A program made the position numbers and the translations under genes. A stretch of DNA of 64,000 nucleotides, from assembly GCA_039588275.1 (NCBI GenBank), contig JBDHAC010000002.1:32001-96000 (forward strand). The letters run 5' to 3'. Position 1 is the first letter of the stretch; every line of letters starts with the position of its first letter. The notes under the pieces were generated by a model that saw only the letters and a list, made by a program, of their open reading frames with translations, made no database searches and had not been told where the DNA came from. Of this stretch, positions 27,919-40,101 are shown piece after piece. Origin of the DNA: Gemmatimonadota bacterium. Lineage in GTDB: Bacteria; Gemmatimonadota; Gemmatimonadetes; Palauibacterales; Palauibacteraceae.

Positions 27919-28250
27919 TGACAGGTGAGGATGGGGGTGGTCCGATGAGCGGGTCCGGCAACGGCGCCGGGGAGGACGCATCGCGCCGACAGCTCCACAT
28001 ATGGGATGAAGAGGAGCGCGACACCTCCATCGGTACGCTCGAGGACGATGGCGATTACTGGCAGATGCACGTCATCGTCGAGCCCGTCTCCGGCGACCTC
28101 GTACGCGGCCGGCTTTCGTTCCGGAGCGGCTCGGAACGATACGACACGGCGCCCGTCCTTCTCGAGGAGACCGCGGCCCGCGTCGTTCAAAGGGCCGCCG
28201 AGCTGCCGCAGGCGATGCTCCGCCAGCTCTTCCTCTCGGCGCGAGGATAA
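27918..28250 (+). CDS. Hypothetical protein
   Basis: TGATG-coupled to the previous gene; globular beta-beta-alpha-like sequence. Confidence 0.7.
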   Translation: MTGEDGGGPMSGSGNGAGEDASRRQLHIWDEEERDTSIGTLEDDGDYWQMHVIVEPVSGDLVRGRLSFRSGSERYDTAPVLLEETAARVVQRAAELPQAMLRQLFLSARG

Positions 28251-28269
28251 TCCCGCTCGAGGCACCACC

Positions 28270-29094
28270 TCAGCCCGATTCAGTGAAGCGCCCTGCGCGC
28301 TCCGGAGGCGCGCGCAGGACTTCTGCCGCAAGCGTGCGCAGCATGACCCACCCTGCCGTTAACGACCCGCGCACGGACCCCGAGACCTTGGAACGGCCGA
28401 GCGATCTGCGCTCGAACGTCACCGGAATCCCGACGGTGCGCAGGTGAGCCCGGACCGCCCGGACCTGCATCTGCACGTACCAGCCGAAGTCCGGGTCGTC
28501 CAGACGGAGCCTCTCGAGATCGACCCATCGGATCGCGCGGAACGGCCCCATGTCGCGTGGCGCCGCACCGTACAACCCGCGCATGAAGGTGAGAATCAGC
28601 CGGTTGCCCAGCCGCGCGTGCCAGCGCACTCCACCGCCCGCGGACGACTGCCGTTCGCCGACGACCAGGTCGGCTTCTCCGGCGCGCAGCGGAGCGAGGA
28701 GACGCTCCACCTGAGCCGGAGCTTGAAAGTCGTCCGCGTCGAGAAACACCAGGACGTCGGGCGGCTCGGATCGCAGGGCGTGGATCCCGCTCTGGCAGGC
28801 GCGTCCGTACCCGGGACGTGGCTCGGAGACGACGCTGGCCCCCGCGCGTTGGGCGATCGCTGGCGTGTCGTCGGTGGACCCGTTGTCGACCACCACGACC
28901 CGAGCCAGGTCGCTCCCCGAAGTCACGCGCACCCGCTCGAGCAGAGCGGGGAGCGTCTCGGCCTCATCCAGCGCGGGGATCAGGAACGCGTACCGCAAGC
29001 GAGCTCCGGAGTCGGGGGCGCGACGCGGGCCGGAGGCCAGATCGGGAGCCGGTCTTGATGCGGTCTCCGGGACGACAGCCCCCCGGCGAGGCAC
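28270..29094 (-). CDS. Glycosyltransferase family 2 (DPM1-like)
   Basis: IPALDE, VDNGSTDDT, GYGRAC, FLDAD, DMGPFRAIR, GRSKVSG; start may be TTG 28998. Confidence 0.92.
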   Translation of the reverse strand: MPRRGAVVPETASRPAPDLASGPRRAPDSGARLRYAFLIPALDEAETLPALLERVRVTSGSDLARVVVVDNGSTDDTPAIAQRAGASVVSEPRPGYGRACQSGIHALRSEPPDVLVFLDADDFQAPAQVERLLAPLRAGEADLVVGERQSSAGGGVRWHARLGNRLILTFMRGLYGAAPRDMGPFRAIRWVDLERLRLDDPDFGWYVQMQVRAVRAHLRTVGIPVTFERRSLGRSKVSGSVRGSLTAGWVMLRTLAAEVLRAPPERAGRFTESG

Positions 29095-30500
29095 TCGCCC
29101 GGCGCACCCCGATTCTCCTGTTCACCGCTCAGGCGGCCGCCCTGCTGGCGATGGGGTGGTGGCCGGGAGGCCGCGCCACTCCCTGGCCGGCACTCTGGCT
29201 GTGGGGGATCGCCTTCGCCGCGTACCTGGGCTCGTGGCGGTCCGCCGATGCGGTGCCTCGCCGCGCGATCTGGGCGGGTGGCGTCCTTCTCCGCACCGGG
29301 CTGCTTCCCCTCACGCCGTTTCTCTCGGACGACATCTACCGCTACGTGTGGGATGGTTGGATAGCGCGAAACGGGATCAACCCTTTCCTGTATGCGCCGG
29401 CCGATCCGCAGCTCGAAACGATCCGCACGGCCTGGTGGCCACTGATCAACCACCCCGAGATCCCCACGATCTATCCCCCGGGCGCCCAGATCGTGTTCGC
29501 CGTCCTCGCGCTGGTCGCGGCGGGCTGGCCGCTGTTCAAGCTCGCCTGGCTCGCGGCCGATCTGGGCGTGGCGTGGGTGATCGACCGCATGGTCCGGCGG
29601 CGATTCGGGTCGGCGCGGAACGGCCCGCTGCTCCTTTACCTCTGGTCGCCGCTCCTCATCGTCGAGGTGGGGTGGAGCGGACACATGGAGTCGCTGGGGA
29701 TTCTTCCCATGATGGCAGCGGTCGCGCTCCTGTGGGGTGGGCCCCGAGGGGCGGGCGCCGACCCACGCGGCGCGGGCGCAGACGGGCCCGTCGAGCCTGG
29801 CAAAGCACGTCTGGCCCTGGCGGGCGGAGCGCTCCTGGGTCTCGGGGCCGCGGTGAAGTTCGCGCCCCTCGCGGCATGCCCCGCTCTGTGGCGGAGGCAC
29901 GGATCCCGGTCCGCCGCGCTCGCGTTTCTCGTGCCCGCGCTCCTCTACCTGCCCTACGCGGCGGCCGGGCCGCGGCTCTTCGAAGCGCTCGGCACGTACG
30001 CGGAGCGCTGGGAGTTCAACCCCGGGTTGTTTCAAGTGCTCGTTCGCTCGGTCGGCGCCGGAACGACGCCGCGTTGGCTCGTCGCGGGAGCTGTCGTTGG
30101 GCTCGCCCTGTGGGCGGCGTGGAAGCGCTGGCCGGTCGATCGAACGCTGTTCTGGACGATCGGCGCGGCCCTCCTGCTCTCACCCACGCTGCACCCGTGG
30201 TACGTCCTGTGGATCCTGCCGTTCGCGTGTCTGTTCGAGAGCGGTCCCTGGGTCCTGCTCACCGGCACGGTGTTCCTGGGGTATGCCGGGCGCGATGCGT
30301 TCCACGCCACCGGCGTGTGGCCGCAGCCGACGTGGCTCGCGCTCCTCGTGCACACGCCGGTGGTTGTCTGGCTAGTGGCCCAGGCCGCGTCTGGCCACCT
30401 CGCGCGTGGCGGCCAGGTACCCGGCGGCGAACAGACCCGTGAACGGGACGGCGGAGAACAAGCCCGAAGCAGCCAGGCTCGCCATCGAACCGAGGAGTGA
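29058..30500 (+). CDS. GT-C fold membrane glycosyltransferase (GT87-like)
   Basis: LSDDIYRYVWDG, NPFLYAP, INHP..PTIYPPGAQ, HPWY; many TM. Confidence 0.85.
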   Translation: MRSPGRQPPGEALARRTPILLFTAQAAALLAMGWWPGGRATPWPALWLWGIAFAAYLGSWRSADAVPRRAIWAGGVLLRTGLLPLTPFLSDDIYRYVWDGWIARNGINPFLYAPADPQLETIRTAWWPLINHPEIPTIYPPGAQIVFAVLALVAAGWPLFKLAWLAADLGVAWVIDRMVRRRFGSARNGPLLLYLWSPLLIVEVGWSGHMESLGILPMMAAVALLWGGPRGAGADPRGAGADGPVEPGKARLALAGGALLGLGAAVKFAPLAACPALWRRHGSRSAALAFLVPALLYLPYAAAGPRLFEALGTYAERWEFNPGLFQVLVRSVGAGTTPRWLVAGAVVGLALWAAWKRWPVDRTLFWTIGAALLLSPTLHPWYVLWILPFACLFESGPWVLLTGTVFLGYAGRDAFHATGVWPQPTWLALLVHTPVVVWLVAQAASGHLARGGQVPGGEQTRERDGGEQARSSQARHRTEE

Positions 30501-31823
30501 CACCCCCAGAGCCGCTCGCACCCCCGCGGCGATCCCGTTCACACGGGCCCGATAGGCTCGAAGTGAAGCGCCCCCGCGCTTCGGCGTCCGGCGAAACGGA
30601 GTGCCCACCCGCAGGGCACCGCGGAAGACGGCTCCCGTGAGCGGTATTCCGAGCCCGAGACCCAGCAGGAGCGCTTCGAGCAGGCGTCGCGGAATCGAGC
30701 GCGCCGCGTAACGGCGAACGCCGGCCGCGGCGCCATAGAAGACCAGAAACGGCACCGTCGCGAACCCCAACGCCGCCCCGTGGACCCAGGCGGGGATTCC
30801 CTCGTGCGCCAATCCGAGGTATCCGAGTGCGCACAAGCACAATCCCAGCATCAGGGTAAGCGGGTGCACCGCATGACCCAGCAGGTGCGCGGTCGCCTCT
30901 AGCTTCACCGCGGGTCGCAGCGGGCTGCTCCATACGGCCGAGAGCAGCTTGTACGCCGTCTGAATCCCGCCCTGGGTCCACCTCTCCTGCTGCAGCTCGA
31001 TGTCCTCCAGCTCCCGGGGGAGCTCGGCCGGGACCCGCACATCGTCCCGGTATACGAGGCGCCAGCCGCCGAGCTGTGCGCGGTAGCTCAGGTCCACGTC
31101 CTCGGTCAGCGTATCACTCTTCCAGCCGCCGCTCGCTTCGATGCACGCCCTCCGCCACATGCCGGCGGACCCGTTGAAGTTGAAGAACAGCCCGGCCCGG
31201 TAGCGAGCTGCGTGCTCGATCGCGAAGTGCGCATCCAGGAACAGGGCCTGCGCCCGCGTCAACCAGCTCTCCTCGGCGTTCAGATGGCTCCACGCTGCCT
31301 GGACCGCCCCCACATCCGGAGCGTCGAACGAGTCCAGCAGCGAGCGAATCAGGTTCGTAGGCGGGATGAAGTCCGCGTCCAGCACGAGCAGGAAATCACC
31401 GCGCGCGATCCGCGTTCCGTGCGCGAGGGCTCCCGCCTTGAACCCGGCTCGTGTCCCTCGCCGAACGTGTCGGGTGGCGATGCCCCGCCGGCGCCAGGCC
31501 GCGGTTGCTCGCTGGGCGATCCCGACGGTCGCGTCGTCGGAGTCGTCCAACACCTGGACCTCGAGCAACTCGGCCGGATAGTCCTGGCGGCACGCGGCGT
31601 CGATCAACCGCTGCGCCACGTTTGCTTCATTGTAGATGGGAAGCTGGATCGTGACCGGTGGGAGGGATCCGACCCAACCCCGCGGCCCTCGAGGCTCGGG
31701 AGTCGTGAAGCGAAGCCACAGAAGCCGCAGGCGGTGGAGCCCGAACGGGACCAAAAGGCAGAGGATGAGCAAGTACAGGGCGCCGGCCCCGAACTGTGCA
31801 CTCGCTTCGGAACCCGGCATCAC
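30372..31823 (-). CDS. Cellulose-synthase-like processive GT2
   Basis: IQLPIYNE, LDDS.D, GFKAGAL, DADF, TED, QQERW (QxxRW). Confidence 0.92.
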   Translation of the reverse strand: MMPGSEASAQFGAGALYLLILCLLVPFGLHRLRLLWLRFTTPEPRGPRGWVGSLPPVTIQLPIYNEANVAQRLIDAACRQDYPAELLEVQVLDDSDDATVGIAQRATAAWRRRGIATRHVRRGTRAGFKAGALAHGTRIARGDFLLVLDADFIPPTNLIRSLLDSFDAPDVGAVQAAWSHLNAEESWLTRAQALFLDAHFAIEHAARYRAGLFFNFNGSAGMWRRACIEASGGWKSDTLTEDVDLSYRAQLGGWRLVYRDDVRVPAELPRELEDIELQQERWTQGGIQTAYKLLSAVWSSPLRPAVKLEATAHLLGHAVHPLTLMLGLCLCALGYLGLAHEGIPAWVHGAALGFATVPFLVFYGAAAGVRRYAARSIPRRLLEALLLGLGLGIPLTGAVFRGALRVGTPFRRTPKRGGASLRAYRARVNGIAAGVRAALGVSLLGSMASLAASGLFSAVPFTGLFAAGYLAATREVARRGLGH

Positions 31824-31841
31824 GCTTGCTTCATCACGAGA

Positions 31842-33847
<2,006 letters not shown>

Positions 33848-33854
33848 TATCCGA

Positions 33855-33883
33855 ATGCTACGGGTGTAGCTGTGCGGGAGCAA
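33855..33883 (-). promoter_or_regulatory. Putative sigma70 promoter for riboswitch-thiC
   Basis: TTGCTC-N17-TAGCAT ending 8 nt before the aptamer. Confidence 0.55.
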
Positions 33884-35144
33884 ACCCGAGCCGGTCGAGG
33901 GCGATGCGCCCGTCGCTCATGACGAACAGCACATCCTGGTAGGCGCCGATATCCTCGAGGGGGTTGCGATCCAGCACGAGGAGATCCGCCTCGTATCCGG
34001 TCGCCACGCGGCCAAGGCGATCGTCGGCGCCGAGCAGCTCCGCGGCGACGGTGGTGGCCGCCTGGATCGCGGCGAGGGGCCCGAGCCCCACGCCCACGAG
34101 CTCGATGAGCTCGTGGCTGAGACGCAGCACGCTCTCGGACCCGTACCCCGTGTCCGTGGCGGCCGCGATCTTGACCCCGAGCCGGTGGGCGGTCGTGGCA
34201 GTCTCGCGCACTCGGGGCAACATGTGGCGGCCGCGGATCAGGAGCGCGGCGTTGTCGTAGTCGCCCCCCGGCAGCGTCAGGTCGGACACGACCGCGATCG
34301 TGGGGACCAGGAACGTGCCGCGCTCCAGCATGAGCTCCAGCGTCTGCTCGCTCAGGTAGGTGCCGTGCTCGATGCTGCGGACGCCCGCCAGCACGGCCGC
34401 CCGGCCTCCGCCGTCTCCATGCGCGTGCGCGGCCACGGGCACGCCGGCGTTCTCCGCCTCCTCGACGAGGGCGCGCAGCTCTCCTTCATTGAAGAAGGCG
34501 ACACGCGGGTCGGTCTCGGGCAGCCCGGCTCGCTCCGTGGCGTTGACCTTGATGAAGTCGACGCCGTGCTCGAGCATCACGCGAGCCACCCGGCGCAGCG
34601 GCGCCGCCCCGCGCACATCGACACCCATCAGGTCGGCAAGCTGCGGCGCATCGAGAAACAGCCCATCCGCAGGCCGCGGACGCACGTGATACCCGGCGGC
34701 CAGGATCTCCGGCCCCAGCATCGCTCCCGCGCGGGCCAGCTCGCGCAGTCCGACATCGGCGAAAAAGCCCGCACCCATCGAGCGGGCGGTTGTCACGCCC
34801 GAGTGCAGGGCGCGGCGCGCAGCGGCCAGGCTCGAGATGTGGACGTGGGTATCGATGAGTCCCGGGGACAGGTAACGGCCGCCGAGGTCGATCACGACAG
34901 CGTCCTGCGGGATGTCGCCGCCGGGCTGCACGCTCTCGATCCGCCCGTCGCGCACGACCACGGTCACATCGCTCATCGGCGCATCAGCGAGCGGGTCGAT
35001 CACGTTCGCGTGCACGAAGACGACTGGGGCCGCCTCCTGCGGCTGGGCGACGATCCAGCCTGGCGCGGCCCCCGTCAGCGCTCCGGCCAGGACCAACCCG
35101 AGGATGCACTTGGACACCGACCGACGTGGCGAGAACGACCTCAT
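33858..35144 (-). CDS. Secreted amidohydrolase family protein
   Basis: Signal peptide; PGLIDTHVH, AAHAHG, SIEHG, ATD, ADLLVLD.NPL. Confidence 0.92.
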   Translation of the reverse strand: MRSFSPRRSVSKCILGLVLAGALTGAAPGWIVAQPQEAAPVVFVHANVIDPLADAPMSDVTVVVRDGRIESVQPGGDIPQDAVVIDLGGRYLSPGLIDTHVHISSLAAARRALHSGVTTARSMGAGFFADVGLRELARAGAMLGPEILAAGYHVRPRPADGLFLDAPQLADLMGVDVRGAAPLRRVARVMLEHGVDFIKVNATERAGLPETDPRVAFFNEGELRALVEEAENAGVPVAAHAHGDGGGRAAVLAGVRSIEHGTYLSEQTLELMLERGTFLVPTIAVVSDLTLPGGDYDNAALLIRGRHMLPRVRETATTAHRLGVKIAAATDTGYGSESVLRLSHELIELVGVGLGPLAAIQAATTVAAELLGADDRLGRVATGYEADLLVLDRNPLEDIGAYQDVLFVMSDGRIALDRLGFAPAQLHP

Positions 35145-35345
35145 CCGTACCTCCAGGAATCGAGACGGGCAACTTGCGGCGCAGCATATCGTGCCGATGT
35201 GGAAGGGTCGACGCCACCCTCGGCACGGAGCGGGCTCAGGATGGCTGGGCTCCTCGGCCGCGTACACGTATCTTGTGGGTCCCCTGCAACGGCTGGTCGC
35301 ATCCACCTGCCAGGGTCGCAAGCGTGTTCCCCCGGAGGAGTTCCC

Positions 35346-36266
35346 ATGTTCCAGCTCGAGGCTCGCGAGACGCTTTCGGCCGGCCTCCGGCGTCTTCTCC
35401 TCCAGCAGATCGACCTGACTCGAGATCAGGCGAACGAGAGTCGCGAGCCGCTGAACGTCCGCGTCCACGAGGCGCGCAAGGCGTTCAAACGCAGCCGCGC
35501 GCTCCTTCGCTTCGTGCGGGAGGAGCTCGGGACGGAGGCCTACACCGGGTTCAATCGGACTTTCCGTGACGCGGGACGGCGTTTGGCGACGCGGCGGACC
35601 AACTGGGTCCTGCGGAAGCTCGCCTCGCGTTTCCTCAGCGAAGCCGAGGACTCCGTCGCCATCAAGGGGTTTGCCAAGCTCGGGGCGGCGTTGGAAGACG
35701 GCGTTGACGAGGACACCCGGGAGCTGGACGACGACGGTCAGCTCGCCGCCGATCTGAATGCCTCACGCGAGCGCGTCGCGGCGTGGCCGGTGGAGCGAGA
35801 CGATTTCGACCTCGTCCGCCCCGGGCTGTTCCGGGTGTATCGAACCGGGCGCAGACGAATGCGGGCGGCACAGCTCGACCCGAGCAGCGAGCGGCTCCAC
35901 GAGTGGAGGAAGGTCGTCAAATACCTGTGGCATCAAGTCGAGGTGCTCGTGCCCACCAACCCGGTGATCCTCGGGCCCTTCGCGGAGACCGTGCACTCGT
36001 TGGCCGACCTGTTGGGGGATGAGCACGATCTCTGCGATCTCCTCCAAACCGCGCGTAGCGGGGGCGCGCTCGCGAGTGATGACGAGCTCCGGGCCGTGGA
36101 ACGGCGGTTGGAGCAGGAGCGTTCTCGAATCCGGCGCGCCATATGGCCGATCGCGGAGGATGTGTATCGGGAGAAGCCCGGCGAGTTCTCGCGCCGGTTG
36201 GCCGAGTACTGGGGCGAATGGCGCGTCGAGGCAACGCCACAAGGCGTCGCGGGGTATGGGGTCTGA
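35346..36266 (+). CDS. CHAD domain protein
   Basis: VHEARKAFKRSRALLR, LHEWRKVVKYL, LLGDEHDL; GGAGG RBS. Confidence 0.92.
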   Translation: MFQLEARETLSAGLRRLLLQQIDLTRDQANESREPLNVRVHEARKAFKRSRALLRFVREELGTEAYTGFNRTFRDAGRRLATRRTNWVLRKLASRFLSEAEDSVAIKGFAKLGAALEDGVDEDTRELDDDGQLAADLNASRERVAAWPVERDDFDLVRPGLFRVYRTGRRRMRAAQLDPSSERLHEWRKVVKYLWHQVEVLVPTNPVILGPFAETVHSLADLLGDEHDLCDLLQTARSGGALASDDELRAVERRLEQERSRIRRAIWPIAEDVYREKPGEFSRRLAEYWGEWRVEATPQGVAGYGV

Positions 36267-36356
36267 TCGCGACAGGACCCCGACGGCACGACGTCCGGGG
36301 TGGACGGCGTCCGCAGTTGGCAGCGGTGGTCCGTTGATTACGGGTCGGGGGTCCGT

Positions 36357-38681
36357 ATGAGTCAGAAGCCGACCGAAAGCGAGCGGGGCGTAGTCCGCGA
36401 CCCGCGCGGGAACGGGCAGCCGAAACCGCCCGCCGAGCCGGTGGCGCGCACGATCCCGATCTCCGGGTCCACCCCCGAGACCGGCGTCCCGGCTCCGGCC
36501 GACACAGGCACCGATGAGGGCGGGGGGTTCGCGATCCCGTGGGCTGTCGCCCCCCGTGGTGTTCCCTCGGATGTAGAGTCCTCCGACCCGTCTCTCTTCT
36601 TCAACCGGGAGTTGAGCTGGCTCGACTTCAATTGGCGGGTGCTCGACAAGGCACTCGACGCGCGCACGCCCCTCATCGAGCGCGTCCGATTCCTCGCCAT
36701 CACCGCCAGCAACCTGGACGAGTTCTTCATGAAGCGGGTCGGGGGGTTGAAGCGTCAGCTGGCGGCGGGCCTCATGAGGCTTTCCGTCGACGGTCGGACG
36801 CCCGCGGAGCAGCTCGCGCTCATCCGTGAAGCGGTCTCGCAAATGAGCGAGAAGATGCTGGAGACCTGGCGTGAGCTACGCGGACCGCTGGCTGACAAGG
36901 CCGAGATCAAGGTCGACCGATACGAAGCGCTCGAAGAGGACGAGCGAGAGCGACTGCACGAGCTCTTCCGTCGAGAGATCTACCCGATGCTCACGCCGCT
37001 CGCCGTCGACCCGGGACATCCGTTTCCGTTCCTCTCCAACCTGAGCGTCTCGCTAGCCGTGGTGCTTCGCCACCCCGAACGCCGGACAATGCACTTCGCG
37101 CGAGTGAAGATCCCCACGAGCCGCTCACGTTGGATCCAGCTCGAGAAAGACGGCGGGTTCCTACCCGTCGAGGAGCTCGTGCGCGCGCACGTGGACGAGC
37201 TGTTCCGGGGGATGGAGATCCGGTCCGCGCACCTGTTCCGGGTGACTCGGAACGCGGATGTTCGCCGGGCCGAGGAAGAGGCGGACGATCTGATTCGGAT
37301 GATCTCGGAGGAGCTGCGTGAGCGCCGCTTCGCCCCCGTGGTCCGTCTCGAAGTCGAGCCGCAGATGCCGGAATCCGTCCGGGCGCTCCTGCTCCGCGAG
37401 CTCGAGCTGGAGACCGATGACCTGTACGAGGTCGACGGGCTGTTGGATCTGGCGGGTTTGACGGAGCTCACGGAGGCCGTGGGGCCAAAGCACCAGTTCG
37501 AGCCGTGGGAGCCGCTCATCCCACCGCAGCTCCTGCTCGAGCGTGCGACCGAGGACGCGCCCGACATCTTCGCGGTTCTTCGGGCGCAGGATCTGCTCGT
37601 TCATCACCCGTACGATTCGTTCGCCGCGTCGGTGCAGAGGTTCGTGGAGGAGGCGGCGGACGATCCCTCGGTTCTGGCCATCAAGCAGACGCTATACCGT
37701 ACCTCGGACGAATCGCCCGTCGTACGGGCGCTCGTGCGTGCCGCCGAATCGGGGAAGCAGGTAGCCGTCCTGGTCGAGGTGAAGGCGCGGTTCGACGAAG
37801 CGGACAACATCGGCTGGGGTCGGGTCCTGGCAGACGCGGGCGCGCACGTCACGTACGGCGTCACGGGTCTGAAGACGCATGCCAAAGTGGCGCTCGTGCT
37901 GCGCGACGAGCCCGAGGGCATCCGCGCGTATACGCACGTGGGCACCGGCAACTACCACTCGGGCACCGCTCGGTTGTACACGGACATCGGGCTGCTTACG
38001 GGCCGACCGGGTATCGGCCGCGATGCGGTGAACCTCTTCCACTATCTGACCGGTTACGCGCCCGAGCAGGAGTACGGGAACCTGCTGATCGCCCCCCGGG
38101 ACCTGCGCCCGGCTTTCATGGAGCTCATCGAGCGCGAGATCGAGTCTCAGCGCGAGTCCGGGTCAGGCCGAATCATCGCGAAGATGAACGGGTTGGACGA
38201 CGGAGATACGATCGAGGCCCTATACCGCGCTTCGGTCGAGGGAGTGTGCATCGACCTGATCGTTCGGGGGCTGTGCCGGTTGCGTCCCGGTCTCCCCGGA
38301 ATCAGCGAGAACATCCGGGTTCGGAGCATCATCGGACGGTTTCTCGAGCACGACCGGCTCTACTGGTTCGAGAACGGGGGCAAGCCGAGGGTCTTCCTGG
38401 GCAGCGCGGACTGGCGTCGCCGCAACCTCGACGACCGTGTCGAGGCGCTCGTGGAAGTCGAGACCAAGAAGCTGAGGAAGCAGCTTCGCCGGGTTCTGAG
38501 GGAGGCACTCAGGGACAACGAGCTTTCCTGGGAGCTGTCGCCGGATGGGTCCTGGGTGCGCTGCCGGCCCGCCGACGGGCAGAAACGGCGCAACTTTCAC
38601 CGCGGGATGATGCGTCGGGCGCGCAAGCGCCGCATGAGGTTCGGGGCGTGGGATCTCCCGCCCCGTCCAGCCGCGGGTTGA
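36357..38681 (+). CDS. ppk1: Polyphosphate kinase 1
   Basis: NRELSWLDFN.RVL, SNLDEFFM, HPFPF, HHPY.SF, KQTLYRT, KARFDE, GRFLEH, GSADW. Confidence 0.97.
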   Translation: MSQKPTESERGVVRDPRGNGQPKPPAEPVARTIPISGSTPETGVPAPADTGTDEGGGFAIPWAVAPRGVPSDVESSDPSLFFNRELSWLDFNWRVLDKALDARTPLIERVRFLAITASNLDEFFMKRVGGLKRQLAAGLMRLSVDGRTPAEQLALIREAVSQMSEKMLETWRELRGPLADKAEIKVDRYEALEEDERERLHELFRREIYPMLTPLAVDPGHPFPFLSNLSVSLAVVLRHPERRTMHFARVKIPTSRSRWIQLEKDGGFLPVEELVRAHVDELFRGMEIRSAHLFRVTRNADVRRAEEEADDLIRMISEELRERRFAPVVRLEVEPQMPESVRALLLRELELETDDLYEVDGLLDLAGLTELTEAVGPKHQFEPWEPLIPPQLLLERATEDAPDIFAVLRAQDLLVHHPYDSFAASVQRFVEEAADDPSVLAIKQTLYRTSDESPVVRALVRAAESGKQVAVLVEVKARFDEADNIGWGRVLADAGAHVTYGVTGLKTHAKVALVLRDEPEGIRAYTHVGTGNYHSGTARLYTDIGLLTGRPGIGRDAVNLFHYLTGYAPEQEYGNLLIAPRDLRPAFMELIEREIESQRESGSGRIIAKMNGLDDGDTIEALYRASVEGVCIDLIVRGLCRLRPGLPGISENIRVRSIIGRFLEHDRLYWFENGGKPRVFLGSADWRRRNLDDRVEALVEVETKKLRKQLRRVLREALRDNELSWELSPDGSWVRCRPADGQKRRNFHRGMMRRARKRRMRFGAWDLPPRPAAG

Positions 38682-38764
38682 TCCAGCGGCCTGGCCCGGG
38701 CCGGGACACCCCCATGGCCAGCTAGGACCGCGTGTTCTTCACCAGGTGCCTGCCTGTTTCGAGT

Positions 38765-39949
38765 TTAGAAATGGAACTGGTACTGCGCCTTGAACGAGTT
38801 CTCGCCATCCAGCGAATCGTCCGAGAACGCGACGATGTCCCAGTTCAGCGCTAACTTGTTCCGCCCCCCGAAAAAGATCTGGAGGCCGGGAGTAAAGCCC
38901 CACACTCCGTCGTTCTCCAGATCCGCGTTCGGATCGGCCATCGTCACGCGGAAGAGCGGTTCGATGGCCTCGAAGAAGTAGGTGCCCTCCAGCGGGATCT
39001 TGTAGCTCCCGATCACCTGCCAGGTGTACATGTCCGCGAGCGACTCGTCCGCCACGAGGTCGGGAGTTCCCCCGGATTCGCTCTGCAACGCGTTCTCGCC
39101 GAACACGAACCCGGCCTGTACGTGCGGCCCCTCGCTGAAATCACCCAGCTCGCCCCACACCTCGACATTGCCGAAACGACGGGCACCCAACGATTCGTTC
39201 GGGCGCGTGAACGGGATGTCGGTGAGCGCACCGGCCACCGCGATCTGCAACGGCAGACTGCCGACGTCGAGGTTGACCGCCGCCCGCCCGATGAACTGCT
39301 TGTCGGTATCCACGTCCTCGTTGGCGGAGGGGCTGTTTCCGTTGAAGGCACCCAGCCAGTACTGAAAGCGTCCATCCGCGGTGCTGCCGTCGATCATGAC
39401 CCCGATATCGCGGTCAGACAGCCGGTTCCGGGTCGTCAGCTCGTCGAGCGACAGCGCCGTGCTCCCCGAGACGCCCGGGATGTCCACATCCCGCTCGATC
39501 GTGAGGATCTGGGTCGAGCTGGTCATCAGGAAGCCATCGAAGGGCTTCTTGTACTGGCCGATCGTGATCCTCGCGTGGGAGTGCTCCGCATCGGGATTGA
39601 GATTCAACCGTCCGAAGGCGTCCTTGAGGACAACGCCGTCGACCTGGTCGAAATCCGGCTGGATGCGGCCCTCGATCCAGTCGTTGAACTTGGCGTGCAG
39701 GGTGAACCTCGCCCGCCGAATGAACATGTCGATTCCGGGTACGTCCTGACCGCATGTGGAGGATGGCGCCGCGTTGTCGGTGCTGTAGTCCGAGCACGTG
39801 CTCGTCGTCGCCTGGAGCTGAAAACGCCCCGAGAGCGAAACCTCCGCGGCTTTCGAAGTGAACGTCACCTGCGCCGCGGCCGGTCGGGCCAATGCTGCGA
39901 CACAACCCGAGGCCAGGCAGACCTGTAGCGCAAACCTTCCGATCCTCAA
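38765..39949 (-). CDS. Phosphate-selective porin (OprO/OprP-like)
   Basis: Signal peptide, IRRAR, LKDAF, GQYKKPF, RDIG, C-terminal YQFHF; TTG start after CAGGAGG. Confidence 0.8.
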   Translation of the reverse strand: MRIGRFALQVCLASGCVAALARPAAAQVTFTSKAAEVSLSGRFQLQATTSTCSDYSTDNAAPSSTCGQDVPGIDMFIRRARFTLHAKFNDWIEGRIQPDFDQVDGVVLKDAFGRLNLNPDAEHSHARITIGQYKKPFDGFLMTSSTQILTIERDVDIPGVSGSTALSLDELTTRNRLSDRDIGVMIDGSTADGRFQYWLGAFNGNSPSANEDVDTDKQFIGRAAVNLDVGSLPLQIAVAGALTDIPFTRPNESLGARRFGNVEVWGELGDFSEGPHVQAGFVFGENALQSESGGTPDLVADESLADMYTWQVIGSYKIPLEGTYFFEAIEPLFRVTMADPNADLENDGVWGFTPGLQIFFGGRNKLALNWDIVAFSDDSLDGENSFKAQYQFHF

Positions 39950-40101
39950 TCGGACCTCCTGTCGTGTGCTCGGGGGTTCGGCCGCCACACCCCGAGGTCG
40001 ATGGTGGGGAACGGCGACGTGGAGCAACGGGCGGGCGATCGTACGGCTCGCCCTGGTGGAGGAGCCGCCTTCGCCAGCGAGCGCGGCCGCGACTCCGGCC
40101 G

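Noticed and set aside
29750..29790. PRGAGAD-PRGAGAD duplication within the GT-C gene
   Set aside because: Short in-frame loop duplication, most likely neutral
34113..35345. Apparent 717-aa ORF extending the CHAD protein N-terminally
   Set aside because: The extension is the antisense shadow of the amidohydrolase; the real start is ATG 35346 with an RBS
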